Below are positions 54,547 through 64,000 of a stretch of 64,000 bases of DNA, piece after piece. Source of the stretch: a virus (lineage: Duplodnaviria > Caudoviricetes); IMG/VR virus record IMGVR_UViG_3300033150_001531, positions 276 through 64,275 of that record; one strand, 5' to 3'. The number at the start of each line of letters is the position of its first letter. The first letter of the stretch is position 1. A model generated the notes under the pieces. The model searched no databases, was not told the DNA's origin, and saw nothing but the letters and a program-made list of their open reading frames with translations. Both the position numbers and the translations under genes were made by a program.

Positions 54547-55065
54547 TCACCCCACATAAGGTAAACTGGCAGGAATCACACTATAAAATACCCGCACATA
54601 TAATGGAGAATCCCCAGTTGTAATTTCACCAGTCGCCATATGCAAAACAAGTGCTGCATTTGCTACTGGAGTAATTGCAGCAGTAGCTTTCACTGGAGTA
54701 TATCTAATTTGATCCGCAGTTTGATCCAAAAAACCAGTTGCTTCACACGCACCAACTTCAAGACCCGAGTCATCAGTATATTTAAATGAAAGATCCTCAT
54801 CTGCCGCAATTCCAGCATATGCAGCAGAATTGTAGTCTAGAAATAAGAATGCGCCTTGAAAAATTGTCACCAAACCTGCCCCCGGAGCACTAACGACGGT
54901 TTTAGGTGTAGCGTTAAGTGCTAAAATTTCATCGCTACTTACTGTAACGTCTACGTATTCCGTAGGCAGGAAACCCGGAGATTGTTTCATGTTATAAAGA
55001 AGGCGATCAAATTGATGTGTGCCTTCTTGTCTTGCAACAATCTCTTTATTATTGAGATAAGACAT
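54547..55065 (-). CDS. putative minor head/decoration protein
   Basis: Beta-rich, A/T/G-rich, in the head operon. Confidence 0.55.
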   Translation of the reverse strand: MSYLNNKEIVARQEGTHQFDRLLYNMKQSPGFLPTEYVDVTVSSDEILALNATPKTVVSAPGAGLVTIFQGAFLFLDYNSAAYAGIAADEDLSFKYTDDSGLEVGACEATGFLDQTADQIRYTPVKATAAITPVANAALVLHMATGEITTGDSPLYVRVFYSVIPASLPYVG

Positions 55066-55079
55066 AGTAAAAAATCCTC

Positions 55080-55781
55080 CTATTTTTCTTCAACCAAAAA
55101 GGCTGTGCCTTCGAGGCTGTAACCAGTAATTTCGCCTTCTTTAAGAGCTTTTTTCAGCTTCTCATCGAAGACTTTAGTAACTAATACCCAAGAGCCTTTA
55201 AGAATTGTTTCATTTGAACCCTCATATTGAAAATCTGTAGGTGCTATAAAAGATTCTACAATGACTGCTTGAGTTTTTGAAAGATCACTTTCATGATCAA
55301 TATTTAACATAGAATTGGGTAAATAATTATGGGCTGCTTTCTCAATTTCTTCCATAGATGTCCAATGTTCATGGGCATCATAAACTGAAGGTTCGTAAAC
55401 AACGCCATAAACTAAACCTTTTTCAACATTAAATCCTTTAAAAACTGCGGTTTTAGTTAATTCTTTCATAATTCCATCTTCGTTAATATCAATTTTATCT
55501 TTAGCATCATCTTTAACTTGAGCATTTAAATTTCTAGAATTTGTCGTAATCTTTTCTTTAACTTCCCGCTCCACAACACTATTGTCCTCCCAAACATTAA
55601 AATATTCAAGCCGGAGCGCATCGATAAAAGATTTCAAAACTTGTTTCATACCTTTATTTGCTGCAATCGCTCGACCCTGAGCAAGTGCTTTTTCTTTTGC
55701 ATTTGCTCCAGTATAACATTTACCACTATCTCCCCACTTCCAACCAGACTTTCCATCAACTGTACATTGTTTTAATGGCAT
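55080..55781 (-). CDS. XkdF-like prohead protease
   Basis: GLVYGVVYEP...DAH...IEKAAH...IVESFI...GSWV...ITGYSLEG. Confidence 0.82.
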   Translation of the reverse strand: MPLKQCTVDGKSGWKWGDSGKCYTGANAKEKALAQGRAIAANKGMKQVLKSFIDALRLEYFNVWEDNSVVEREVKEKITTNSRNLNAQVKDDAKDKIDINEDGIMKELTKTAVFKGFNVEKGLVYGVVYEPSVYDAHEHWTSMEEIEKAAHNYLPNSMLNIDHESDLSKTQAVIVESFIAPTDFQYEGSNETILKGSWVLVTKVFDEKLKKALKEGEITGYSLEGTAFLVEEK

Positions 55782-55787
55782 AATCTT

Positions 55788-57278
55788 TTAGTCTCCATTT
55801 TTTTCTTTATCTTTTTCTTTTTCTTTAACTCTAACTTTAACTTTACTTGCTAAATCATCCTCAAGGATTTGTTTTAGCTTTTCGTTATCTGAAAACGTAG
55901 GTGCTTCTTCGGCGTTATTTTTCTCCGCTTCTTTAGTAGCATCAGCCATAGATTTCTCCATATTCTCTAAAACATCTCTACGCAATCCTTCGTGTTCGAA
56001 TAACCCTGCAAGTCTTAAAACTTCTCTCTGCGTTTCTACAGTTGGATGTAAATAACCATGTTTTGTCGCACGCTCTAAGAATAATCCAAGTTCATCTAAT
56101 TTAGGAGCCGTAACCTTACCAGGGATAAGTTGTGGTAATTTATGGGCTGGTAAAGCTGCTGTCTTCGGAATAAGACTAAAAAGTCTAGGAATTTCATGAT
56201 CATTTATTGTTTCCGCGATAATATCTAAATATGCTTGAGAACTTACTTGAAATAAATCTGTGTGGTCTTTTGAAAGTGCAAAACTTCCAACCCTATCCAT
56301 TCCAAGTAGAATAAATTGAGCCAGCAAACTTACAGCAATCCTTTTATCATATCTGTTGATTATTTTATCTGTATCAAATTGACGTTTTGTATTACCTTTG
56401 CTGCCTAAGAGTTCAATTTTCCATCCTGCTGGAAGCAAAACTCCGTCTTGTTCGTCTCTCCTTAATGCATAAATAAGTTTTTGCATTTCACTTCTTAATT
56501 CAGCTGCTTCGTCGGAATCAAGATCTAACTCTTCAGGAGCTTCAAGAATTGGAAGACCAATTAAATCTCTTTCAATTCCAATAGCTTCAATATCCTCTAT
56601 ATTTTTCTTAAAGAAATAAGGCCTATAAGCTGTTCTTAAAATACTACGGCCTTCAGGATTCCCTGCTTCATAACGTGTTCTAAAATGAAGAGATGTTTCA
56701 ATAGGGATTGTGTAGTATTTTGCAGATCCTGCATCATATTGAATAAGAGCCTTCACACTATCATTAACGTCATCCCACTCCCAATCTTCAAAAGAGGATT
56801 GTTTTCTTAAAACAATTTTTCTCCAACCAACAAGTCCATCATTGTATTTACTTTGAAAACGTTTCGAAGACGAATTTCCTTTTCTAACTTTATAAACAGA
56901 TTCCATCCAAGCCCAACCAAAAGGTAGAAAAGAGATTGCATCACTAATAACTTCAGCCCATGTATGTTCCATATCTGTCATACACTGACGTAAATGTTCT
57001 GCGGCCCAAAGCGATAATTGTGAATCATCAGCAGGTTTTACAAACCAAGAGACCCTTTTTAATGTTTGTTCGATTGCACTTAAAGATGCTCCCACGATTG
57101 GATCATTTGAGCGCATTTCTTCGTATACTTTTATACCATCTTTTCCTCGTAAAACTGGAAGGAACTCTTCATAGATTTGTGAACCATATCTTCTAATCCC
57201 TGAACGCCCTACTTGAGTAAAGAGAGTATGCTTCGATGTTTTTTTGTTTAAAGAAACGACATTTTGGCTTTGTTTCAT
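55788..57278 (-). CDS. portal protein (DUF935/Mu gp29-like)
   Basis: EMRSNDPIV...FGWAWMESVY...NPEGRSILR...IERDLIGLP...GSFALS. Confidence 0.88.
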   Translation of the reverse strand: MKQSQNVVSLNKKTSKHTLFTQVGRSGIRRYGSQIYEEFLPVLRGKDGIKVYEEMRSNDPIVGASLSAIEQTLKRVSWFVKPADDSQLSLWAAEHLRQCMTDMEHTWAEVISDAISFLPFGWAWMESVYKVRKGNSSSKRFQSKYNDGLVGWRKIVLRKQSSFEDWEWDDVNDSVKALIQYDAGSAKYYTIPIETSLHFRTRYEAGNPEGRSILRTAYRPYFFKKNIEDIEAIGIERDLIGLPILEAPEELDLDSDEAAELRSEMQKLIYALRRDEQDGVLLPAGWKIELLGSKGNTKRQFDTDKIINRYDKRIAVSLLAQFILLGMDRVGSFALSKDHTDLFQVSSQAYLDIIAETINDHEIPRLFSLIPKTAALPAHKLPQLIPGKVTAPKLDELGLFLERATKHGYLHPTVETQREVLRLAGLFEHEGLRRDVLENMEKSMADATKEAEKNNAEEAPTFSDNEKLKQILEDDLASKVKVRVKEKEKDKEKNGD

Positions 57279-58930
57279 TACATCAATCCAAAATTCTTAA
57301 ATCTCATACTTCCTACTGAATTCTTAAAACGCGAACCTGTATGGTATTGAAGTTTTGAACTCATCGAGTATGCTGTAAAAGGAATTATTCTTTTTTCTTC
57401 TTCAATTTCGTTATCTTCGAGTTTATCTGCTTCTTGAGATCTACCAATTTTTAAAATGTTGGGATCTACTAAATAGGATGGCATTTTAATTAATTCATCG
57501 TATAAACATAAGATTAAAGCGTCTGCGTCATTGCATGAGCGACCTAATTTAGCTCTTAAATCGTCTTTGGATTCAATCTGCAATCTTGCATCTGTTTGAG
57601 GCCAACCATATTCAATTAAAGTGAGTTCTTCATCAAGAAATTCAGACTCGAAATCAATTCTAATTTGATCAATAAAGAAACGCAAGTTCCAAAAAAGTTG
57701 AGCACGTAAATTCCTGAATTTTTCTTCACCAACGAGCGCATTCTTTCCATCTTTTTTCTTCTTCTTATATTCTATAGCTTTTTGTCCAACATGAATACCA
57801 ACAATTCGACTCTTTTTCTTTGGTAAAAGTTCATGCAATTTATCAACAACACCCCCACCGATGCCAATAACATCAACATAAACTTTATAGGGGTTATAAC
57901 GTTCTATATATGTTTTAACAACACGCGCAATAGCCATTAAATCAAGGTTGTCTTCAAGAACAAATCTTTTCGCAATCCTTAAACCTTTCCTAACATATAC
58001 AACTGTTTGATCTGCACCGAAACGCGCAGGATCGACGCCAATATAAACTTTTCCTGTGTTTGGAACTTCTCGCGTATGTGCTTCAACTAGCTGTTCTGGA
58101 GTACAAAGAGCTTTAGATTCAGCAAGCGGTGGAATACCTTGAACTTTTACTCTGTAATAATCTGAGTTCTTACCATAAATTCTAATAACACGTTCGATGG
58201 CTGCTCTATCAACCCAAGGAGATTTATTAGCTACAACGGACGCATCAATAAATTGAACTTTCCAATCTTGCTGATATTTTTTATCTGTAATAATTCTATA
58301 AAAGAAACCACTTCTTCTCGTTGGGTTCGATGCTAAAATTGCATGTGCGCCCGGGGTAGTAAGAGACCCCTCAATAGCGTACATTACTTGATCTGGAACC
58401 CCGCTAGATTCATCACACAGGAACAAAATATTACCTTCATGCATTCCTTGTAAACCTTCAGCAGCGGCACTTACACCTGCCGCGTTAACTCTACTCGTTC
58501 TTGCAACAGCAAACCAACGTTTTTCTGCTTCAGGATCTCCCTTAAAGGTAATTCTTGTTTGAGTCCATTTAAATGTTTTTGATAAAAACTTACTTTTGCC
58601 CATCCATTTCGCAATTTCAGCCCACAAAACATCATATAATTGGTGCTGTGAGGGAGCAGTACAAGCGATTTTGCAAAACGGACGAGTAGAAAGAAAAAAT
58701 AAGACTATGACTGCTAAAGATGCACTTTTACCAACACCACTTCCAGCACTCCATGCGACAAAACGATGTTTTATAAAGTCGTTCCAAGCAGTTTTTTGCC
58801 AATCTGCACATTCGAATCCTATTTGCTCTTTTGCCCAAAGAACAGGATCATATGTATAACGTGCATACATATTTATAGCATCGTTTATTGTCGGTGCTGA
58901 TTTTTTAGTAGGAATAATTAATTGGCTCAT
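57278..58930 (-). CDS. terL: terminase large subunit
   Basis: SAGSGVGKS, LFLCDESSG, ASNPTRRSG, IGVDPARFGAD, NDADAL. Confidence 0.93.
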   Translation of the reverse strand: MSQLIIPTKKSAPTINDAINMYARYTYDPVLWAKEQIGFECADWQKTAWNDFIKHRFVAWSAGSGVGKSASLAVIVLFFLSTRPFCKIACTAPSQHQLYDVLWAEIAKWMGKSKFLSKTFKWTQTRITFKGDPEAEKRWFAVARTSRVNAAGVSAAAEGLQGMHEGNILFLCDESSGVPDQVMYAIEGSLTTPGAHAILASNPTRRSGFFYRIITDKKYQQDWKVQFIDASVVANKSPWVDRAAIERVIRIYGKNSDYYRVKVQGIPPLAESKALCTPEQLVEAHTREVPNTGKVYIGVDPARFGADQTVVYVRKGLRIAKRFVLEDNLDLMAIARVVKTYIERYNPYKVYVDVIGIGGGVVDKLHELLPKKKSRIVGIHVGQKAIEYKKKKKDGKNALVGEEKFRNLRAQLFWNLRFFIDQIRIDFESEFLDEELTLIEYGWPQTDARLQIESKDDLRAKLGRSCNDADALILCLYDELIKMPSYLVDPNILKIGRSQEADKLEDNEIEEEKRIIPFTAYSMSSKLQYHTGSRFKNSVGSMRFKNFGLM

Positions 58931-58942
58931 TATTAAATTAAA

Positions 58943-60052
58943 TTAAAAAATATTCCTTATTTCATCTAAAATTTCTTTATCTTCTTTTTCAATTTCACCA
59001 CTCATTTCGAGCTCTTCAAGAGATTCAAAAATTGCACTCATTTTTTCAGTCTCTTGAAGAATTCGCATCCATCGGATTTCTGAACTATTTTCAGCAGCAT
59101 CCATTTTTTCCAATGTATGCATAGCTTCAAGTCTGTTTGATTCTGTAGTTGTTGAAAGACGTAAAAGCGCATTTAGTGTTGCTGTTAGTGCTGCGTCGTT
59201 TTCTTCTCTTTTATTTTCATCTTCATCTTCATCTTCTTCAGATTTATCTTCTTCATCTTTATCTTCTTCAGATTCAAATTCAGATTCAGATTCAACTTCA
59301 CTGTAACTAGTAATATCATCAAGCAAACTTAAATTTGTTGAGTTGTTTTGATTTTCTCTTTCTTTTTCTCTTTCTCCCTCTCCATCTTTAAATCCTTCTT
59401 TCTCTTCTAAAGATAAAGATGCTTCATATTCAGCTAATTGTTTTTTAGCATCTTCTTCGGTGAAATTTGGATCCATCAAAACTTCATCTAATTCAGATTC
59501 AGATTCATCATCTCCATCATCATCCTTAACCTCAACAACATCTACAACACCATCCTTAATTTCATTTAAAACCGGCCTTATATCAACAACTTTATTTTCT
59601 TCTTTAACCTCTTTAACAATATTTTTCCTTAAATCACTACCTTTCTCAAAAGCTTTCATAATTAACTCAGCAGTGCTTAAATTTTCACCTTGTTCCTCAT
59701 CCTCAGTACTTAATTTTTTGGAATATTCTAAAACATCTTTAGCTGCAAGCCTTCTTAAATTCGGTGCTGCGCCTTCTTCACGAATTAAGTTTCCTAAAAC
59801 GTCTAATGCATCAGGAACAAGCAAATTAACACGTGATTGAACATCTAAAGCTCCTTCTAAAGCTTTTGCATCTCTAAGAAGTTTTAATTGTTCATACTTT
59901 GCTTTAAAAAGTTTAGAATTACAAACAATAGAAATTGTATTCGGATGAATCAATAAATCACGCGCAATCTTAGCTTGAGAATACCCTAAAAGCAATCTCC
60001 GCATGATTTCGTGATGAATTGGTTTTAATTTTTTACGTTGTACTTGAGACAT
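58943..60052 (-). CDS. terminase small subunit-like protein with N-terminal HTH and long acidic tail
   Basis: HEIMRRLLLGYSQAKIARDLLIHPNTISIV HTH; directly upstream of terL. Confidence 0.6.
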   Translation of the reverse strand: MSQVQRKKLKPIHHEIMRRLLLGYSQAKIARDLLIHPNTISIVCNSKLFKAKYEQLKLLRDAKALEGALDVQSRVNLLVPDALDVLGNLIREEGAAPNLRRLAAKDVLEYSKKLSTEDEEQGENLSTAELIMKAFEKGSDLRKNIVKEVKEENKVVDIRPVLNEIKDGVVDVVEVKDDDGDDESESELDEVLMDPNFTEEDAKKQLAEYEASLSLEEKEGFKDGEGEREKERENQNNSTNLSLLDDITSYSEVESESEFESEEDKDEEDKSEEDEDEDENKREENDAALTATLNALLRLSTTTESNRLEAMHTLEKMDAAENSSEIRWMRILQETEKMSAIFESLEELEMSGEIEKEDKEILDEIRNIF

Positions 60053-60065
60053 TTCTTCAGCCTTG

Positions 60066-60335
60066 TTATTTCTCTAAGACATAAACATAAAAACTTCTAT
60101 CATCAGTACGACTTTGATTCGTTACAATTCTATTTGTTATTTTGTATTTTGTGTTTGCGGTTCCGCCGGAAAGCCAGATTTTAGTTGTTGTATCTGTTTT
60201 TGCGTCTGAATCTTCAGTAATCCCAGATGCAACAGTCCATGTACTTGTACTGATTGTTTCACTAGAAGCTAACCAATCAGACCAATCAATTTGATAATCT
60301 AATATTGCATCTGGATCTTTGTAAAATGTTTTCAT
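60066..60335 (-). CDS. fibre adaptor-like Ig-fold virion protein
   Basis: KDPDAILDYQIDW...KIWLSGG...Y.ITNRI.T. Confidence 0.75.
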   Translation of the reverse strand: MKTFYKDPDAILDYQIDWSDWLASSETISTSTWTVASGITEDSDAKTDTTTKIWLSGGTANTKYKITNRIVTNQSRTDDRSFYVYVLEK

Positions 60336-60387
60336 TTTAACTAACTAACTAACTAACTAAAATTAAATTGAATTGAATTAAATTAAA

Positions 60388-60849
60388 TTAACTTATTGTT
60401 ATTGTAAAAATTCCACTAGTATGTGGAGTCCAGGTAATATCTCCATCTTGTAGACTTACTGGAGTTGTTCCACCATCTGAGGTGAAATCAATGAATGCAA
60501 TACATTCATCGTTGGATGCAGAATCATTATAAATAATTCCGTAATAAATATCTGTTGGACCGGCAGCATTTTTGCTCCAGCTTGCGGCAGGATCTCCTGT
60601 AGCATCAAAAGTAAAAACTCCAGAAGATTGCTCCCCTGTAATTGTTAAAGTTTCGCCCCCAGCAGTGTAACCAGTTCCTGAAACTTCAGTGTAATCTGCC
60701 TTTACCGGAGTTGTGTCGTCAGCAGCAGGTACTTTAGTGTTGTTGATTAACATCAACTTTATCGTATCGCCGCCTGTTAAGATATTATGAACTTTTCCAC
60801 AAAGATCATCTAAAAAATCATCAAAAGCTGTGAGGGCTCCTTGTGCCAT
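60388..60849 (-). CDS. virion structural protein (head fibre base-like)
   Basis: DTIKLML...TEVSGTGYTAGGETL...IAFIDF...GDITW. Confidence 0.7.
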   Translation of the reverse strand: MAQGALTAFDDFLDDLCGKVHNILTGGDTIKLMLINNTKVPAADDTTPVKADYTEVSGTGYTAGGETLTITGEQSSGVFTFDATGDPAASWSKNAAGPTDIYYGIIYNDSASNDECIAFIDFTSDGGTTPVSLQDGDITWTPHTSGIFTITIS

Positions 60850-60924
60850 TTTAAAAAGCTCCTAAAAATTTATATTTATTTATTTAATTAATTTTTATTT
60901 AATTAGTTTTTATTTAATTTTTAT

Positions 60925-61650
60925 TCAACTTATATACTTATTAACATTGGGTTTTATTTTTAATATTCTGTCTTCATCTTCTATGGCTAATATTCTATTT
61001 TCTTTCTCTACAACCAAAGTTCTAATTTCATTTAAGACCTTTAAGACACGATGATCTGGAGTCGGTCTTGTGTCTGCTGCATTTATTGTAGTTTCATATG
61101 TTTCTAAAAGTAATTCTATTAAATTACTAGATATATCAGTATCTATGAGTGCTTCTACAGTACTATTATAACCCAAAAGGTCAAGAGTTACAAGGGTAGA
61201 AACAACATTTAAAACGACCTCGACTAAAGAGTCGTAAGTTGTTAAATTTAAAGTACTTAAGTCGCTTACAACGTCGGTATCTATATCGGCTTGAACTTGG
61301 CTGAGATAATCATTTAGTGTTATCGTGCTTAGTGTGCTAACAACATCAGTATCTACATCAGCTTGAACAGTACTTAAATAACTTACTAAATCTAATTGTT
61401 CTAAAGTGCTAATTATATTTTTTGCTGCGTTAACAACACTAGTATAACTAACAAGAGATAGTTGTTCAAGAGTTGATGTAATATTTTTTTCTACATTTAC
61501 AGAAGATAAAAAATCTTCAAGAGTTAAAATTGAAAGAGTAGATATTATATCTGTTCCCGCAACTAAAGAAAAATACTGTTTTCCAAGGACCCCGGGATAA
61601 TATCCGTTTTTAGAAGTATATCCTCTTGCGACACTGTAAGTAGTAAGCAT
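60925..61650 (-). CDS. fibre-shaft-like repeat protein
   Basis: Seven 22-24-aa repeats (D/N)(I/V)xS(T/D/N)L..L.L..Y.S.V. Confidence 0.65.
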   Translation of the reverse strand: MLTTYSVARGYTSKNGYYPGVLGKQYFSLVAGTDIISTLSILTLEDFLSSVNVEKNITSTLEQLSLVSYTSVVNAAKNIISTLEQLDLVSYLSTVQADVDTDVVSTLSTITLNDYLSQVQADIDTDVVSDLSTLNLTTYDSLVEVVLNVVSTLVTLDLLGYNSTVEALIDTDISSNLIELLLETYETTINAADTRPTPDHRVLKVLNEIRTLVVEKENRILAIEDEDRILKIKPNVNKYIS

Positions 61651-61655
61651 TGTTC

Positions 61656-61732
61656 TTTATTCTTTATTCTTTATTCTTTATTCTTTATTTTTTATTCTTT
61701 ATTTTTTATTCTTTATTCTTTATTTTTTATTC
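61656..61732 (-). repeat. 11 x heptamer (G/A)AATAAA
   Basis: Read directly. Confidence 0.9.
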
Positions 61733-61738
61733 TTTATC

Positions 61739-62383
61739 TTAATCTACAGTCACAACATGAATTAAAGTTGTTTTTGCGCCAGACGCCGAAAAAGAAAACA
61801 TAATATTATTACCATTTAAATCAGAAGCAGCCAAATCTATTTTATAAACACCACTTCCAATTTCGCTTGCATTATTAGAACAAGATACAAGAGATCCTCC
61901 ATCAATGATTCTTGCAGCAGTGATTGTTAATCCTGTTGCAGGATCTCCGTTAGAATCAAACATTGCAAACATGAAATCATTAAAAGCTACATTCTTTTTT
62001 AATCTTAACGAAGGAGTTGTTAATTGAAATTCTAAATCCAATGATGCAACATCATTACTGCCAGCATCAGTAATACTTATTACAGCCGACCATGCACCAG
62101 ATAAGAAAACTCCATCCGGTAAATCAATTCTATAAAGCCCAGGGGCATTCGAAGAACTTACTTCTAAGATGCCTCCATCTGTATGTGCATCAGTTAATGC
62201 AGATAAATCTGAGAGTGAAATTGCAGTTATTGTTACATCATTGTCTGTTTCGACTCTAGTATAATAAGCGTTTAAGTCAGAAGCTGTGAGACCGGTTTTT
62301 CCAGCACCAGTAGATGAAGATGAATCTAGTATTTTTATTAAGACTGTATAATCTGTTTGGCCAACATCTACGTAGTGTTTCAT
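61739..62383 (-). CDS. virion protein with two tandem Ig-like domains
   Basis: Duplicated TGLT...E...G(L/V)Y(R/K)IDL. Confidence 0.65.
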   Translation of the reverse strand: MKHYVDVGQTDYTVLIKILDSSSSTGAGKTGLTASDLNAYYTRVETDNDVTITAISLSDLSALTDAHTDGGILEVSSSNAPGLYRIDLPDGVFLSGAWSAVISITDAGSNDVASLDLEFQLTTPSLRLKKNVAFNDFMFAMFDSNGDPATGLTITAARIIDGGSLVSCSNNASEIGSGVYKIDLAASDLNGNNIMFSFSASGAKTTLIHVVTVD

Positions 62384-62442
62384 AATTTATTGTATTTCCT
62401 TACATAAGCTTCTGTAACTTGTTTGTATAGATTTTGTTATTG

Positions 62443-63525
62443 TTATCCGTTAATTCCTCCATTCATTCCGGGATGAACTAAGAGGCCACCAGCCCCATCG
62501 TCAAATTGATCCAAAAATACTCCCATCATCGGTAATTCATTTGTTGTATTCGTCCAATCACCCTCGACAGACGGATTTTTTGCCGAGGTCATGTGACAAT
62601 TTCCTCCACCGAAAACAGCACTCATGATGTTCGGTGAAGTGGTGTCATCGAATCTATATTTGTAAAGCGAGATATCAGTTAAAGTTGTCGGCTCAAGTAT
62701 TAGACGATAATAAGTATCTTTAACGAGAGTGAAGGCGGAATCAAAAAAATAACGCCCTGCGCCACGGCCATCATTTCCGAACCAAATATCTGAATCGATG
62801 GATAAGGATAATTCTGTGGTTGATCCCCCGCTTATCAATTTAACATCAGCGTTAGCATCCAAATCCGCCCATACCCAAAATCCGCTTATTCTGGCGGTAA
62901 AGGGTGCCTTGAAACGCAAACCATAAATATCGGGTGTATCGATATTATTATAAGTTTGAGATAAGGTCCCTGAATAGTGTGGAGTCACCCCTGGAATGTA
63001 AGGATAAGAACCATCGGAATATTCAAGGGCAAATGATGGTTTCATGGCACTCTTTTTCTCCCACGATCCAGTATATGAACAAACATAAGGGAATGCTCCA
63101 TAATCATCGCCTATAACAACAACATCAATGTCGAAGGTTCCAGAACCGGGTGCGGCTATTACAAATGCAAGTAGATCACCTTTAGTGACGTTTGCATTTG
63201 ATGTGAGGGGAGTAGCGAACCATTTATTGTCATCCGCATCTTGAATTACCTGAGAACCGTTTGTGTTTGTTCCTTGTAATGTGCCGGTTGGAAAACCGGT
63301 AGCAATATCAACTGTTTCAAGCCGAACATCTACAGTTGCACCAGTTACAACAGTGCGAGTGCTAAAACATAATTTAGCGATATCACCTGTTTTAGGTGCG
63401 CGGAATATGAATGCCGCTTTTTCATCGGCTGCGTCAAGTGTGATAATGCTTAATGTAAGACTGGCGGCTGTAAAAATCGGATACGGGGGATAAGCCATCA
63501 CACCGTTAATATTTTGAAGTGTCAT
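62443..63525 (-). CDS. virion protein, putative carbohydrate-binding beta-sandwich(es)
   Basis: G/T/D-rich; YGLRFKAP, FTLVKDTYYRL; higher GC. Confidence 0.6.
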   Translation of the reverse strand: MTLQNINGVMAYPPYPIFTAASLTLSIITLDAADEKAAFIFRAPKTGDIAKLCFSTRTVVTGATVDVRLETVDIATGFPTGTLQGTNTNGSQVIQDADDNKWFATPLTSNANVTKGDLLAFVIAAPGSGTFDIDVVVIGDDYGAFPYVCSYTGSWEKKSAMKPSFALEYSDGSYPYIPGVTPHYSGTLSQTYNNIDTPDIYGLRFKAPFTARISGFWVWADLDANADVKLISGGSTTELSLSIDSDIWFGNDGRGAGRYFFDSAFTLVKDTYYRLILEPTTLTDISLYKYRFDDTTSPNIMSAVFGGGNCHMTSAKNPSVEGDWTNTTNELPMMGVFLDQFDDGAGGLLVHPGMNGGING

Positions 63526-63780
63526 TTAGCCGATCTCCACATTCAGAATCGAAGCCTTAGAAGCTCCGCGTTTATGAATTTTCCACGCCGCCCAGATTAA
63601 CGCCATAAATGCGTTGGCGTTCATATTACCTTTTAAATCGCGTAAATCATCAATTAAATTTGCCATCTCATCAGCGCTGGTACAAATGGTGTAGGGATTC
63701 CCGTCAACATCAACAACCACGTGATAGTGATTGCAGGTCGGGCCGTTGATGCGACTAATCGATGTTATCTTTACTGCCAT
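63526..63780 (-). CDS. hypothetical protein; first gene of the - arm in this window
   Basis: GAGG SD; abuts the next gene. Confidence 0.6.
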   Translation of the reverse strand: MAVKITSISRINGPTCNHYHVVVDVDGNPYTICTSADEMANLIDDLRDLKGNMNANAFMALIWAAWKIHKRGASKASILNVEIG

Positions 63781-64000
63781 TATTCCAACCTCAACATCAA
63801 ACTCAGTGGCTTATTTGTCTGAACTTCCACGACATTCGAACGATCTGATTCCAGCCCGATCATTTTTTTCTATCTTTTTAATTTTTAACAAAATTTATCT
63901 CCCAACTTTATCCGGCAAATCTGCAAAACGCTTCGGAGCAGAACGTTTTAGAGCTGAGAAATATTGTTCTAACGAAAAAGAAATTTCATCCAGTTTTCGC

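Noticed and set aside
1-64000. Alternative genetic code
   Set aside because: Core genes are full length under code 11, and TAA, TAG and TGA all serve as stops.
1-64000. Integrase, repressor or parAB indicating a temperate lifestyle
   Set aside because: No tyrosine or serine recombinase or CI-like motifs seen; they could lie outside the window.

Overview
Most or all of a tailed dsDNA bacteriophage genome, AT-rich and probably a siphovirus (tail tube and an 897-aa tape measure protein, no sheath). It has two converging arms. The + strand arm (1-31315) carries early, host-takeover and replication genes: an SNF2 helicase with a C39-like peptidase tail, an RNAP alpha-CTD-like protein, eight paralogues of one unknown Cys-containing family, RecD2, a Lar-like protein, an apparently nuclease-dead TnpB behind a strong promoter and structured leader, a Cas4-like/Sak4/SSB recombination trio, a UDG-fused PolA and a DUF3987-like helicase. 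The - strand arm (31293-63780) carries, in transcription order, a putative head-fibre module, terS/terL, portal, protease, scaffold, capsid, neck, tail tube, a frameshifted chaperone, tape measure, hub, fibres, endolysin and holin. AGGAG Shine-Dalgarno sites and sigma70 promoters indicate a bacterial host. I saw no integrase, tRNA, CRISPR array or reverse transcriptase. The best candidates for undescribed biology are (1) the dead-TnpB/ncRNA unit, (2) the eight-member diversified paralogue family and (3) pervasive stop-codon-containing tandem repeats at gene junctions. All family names come from motif recognition by eye, not from database searches.
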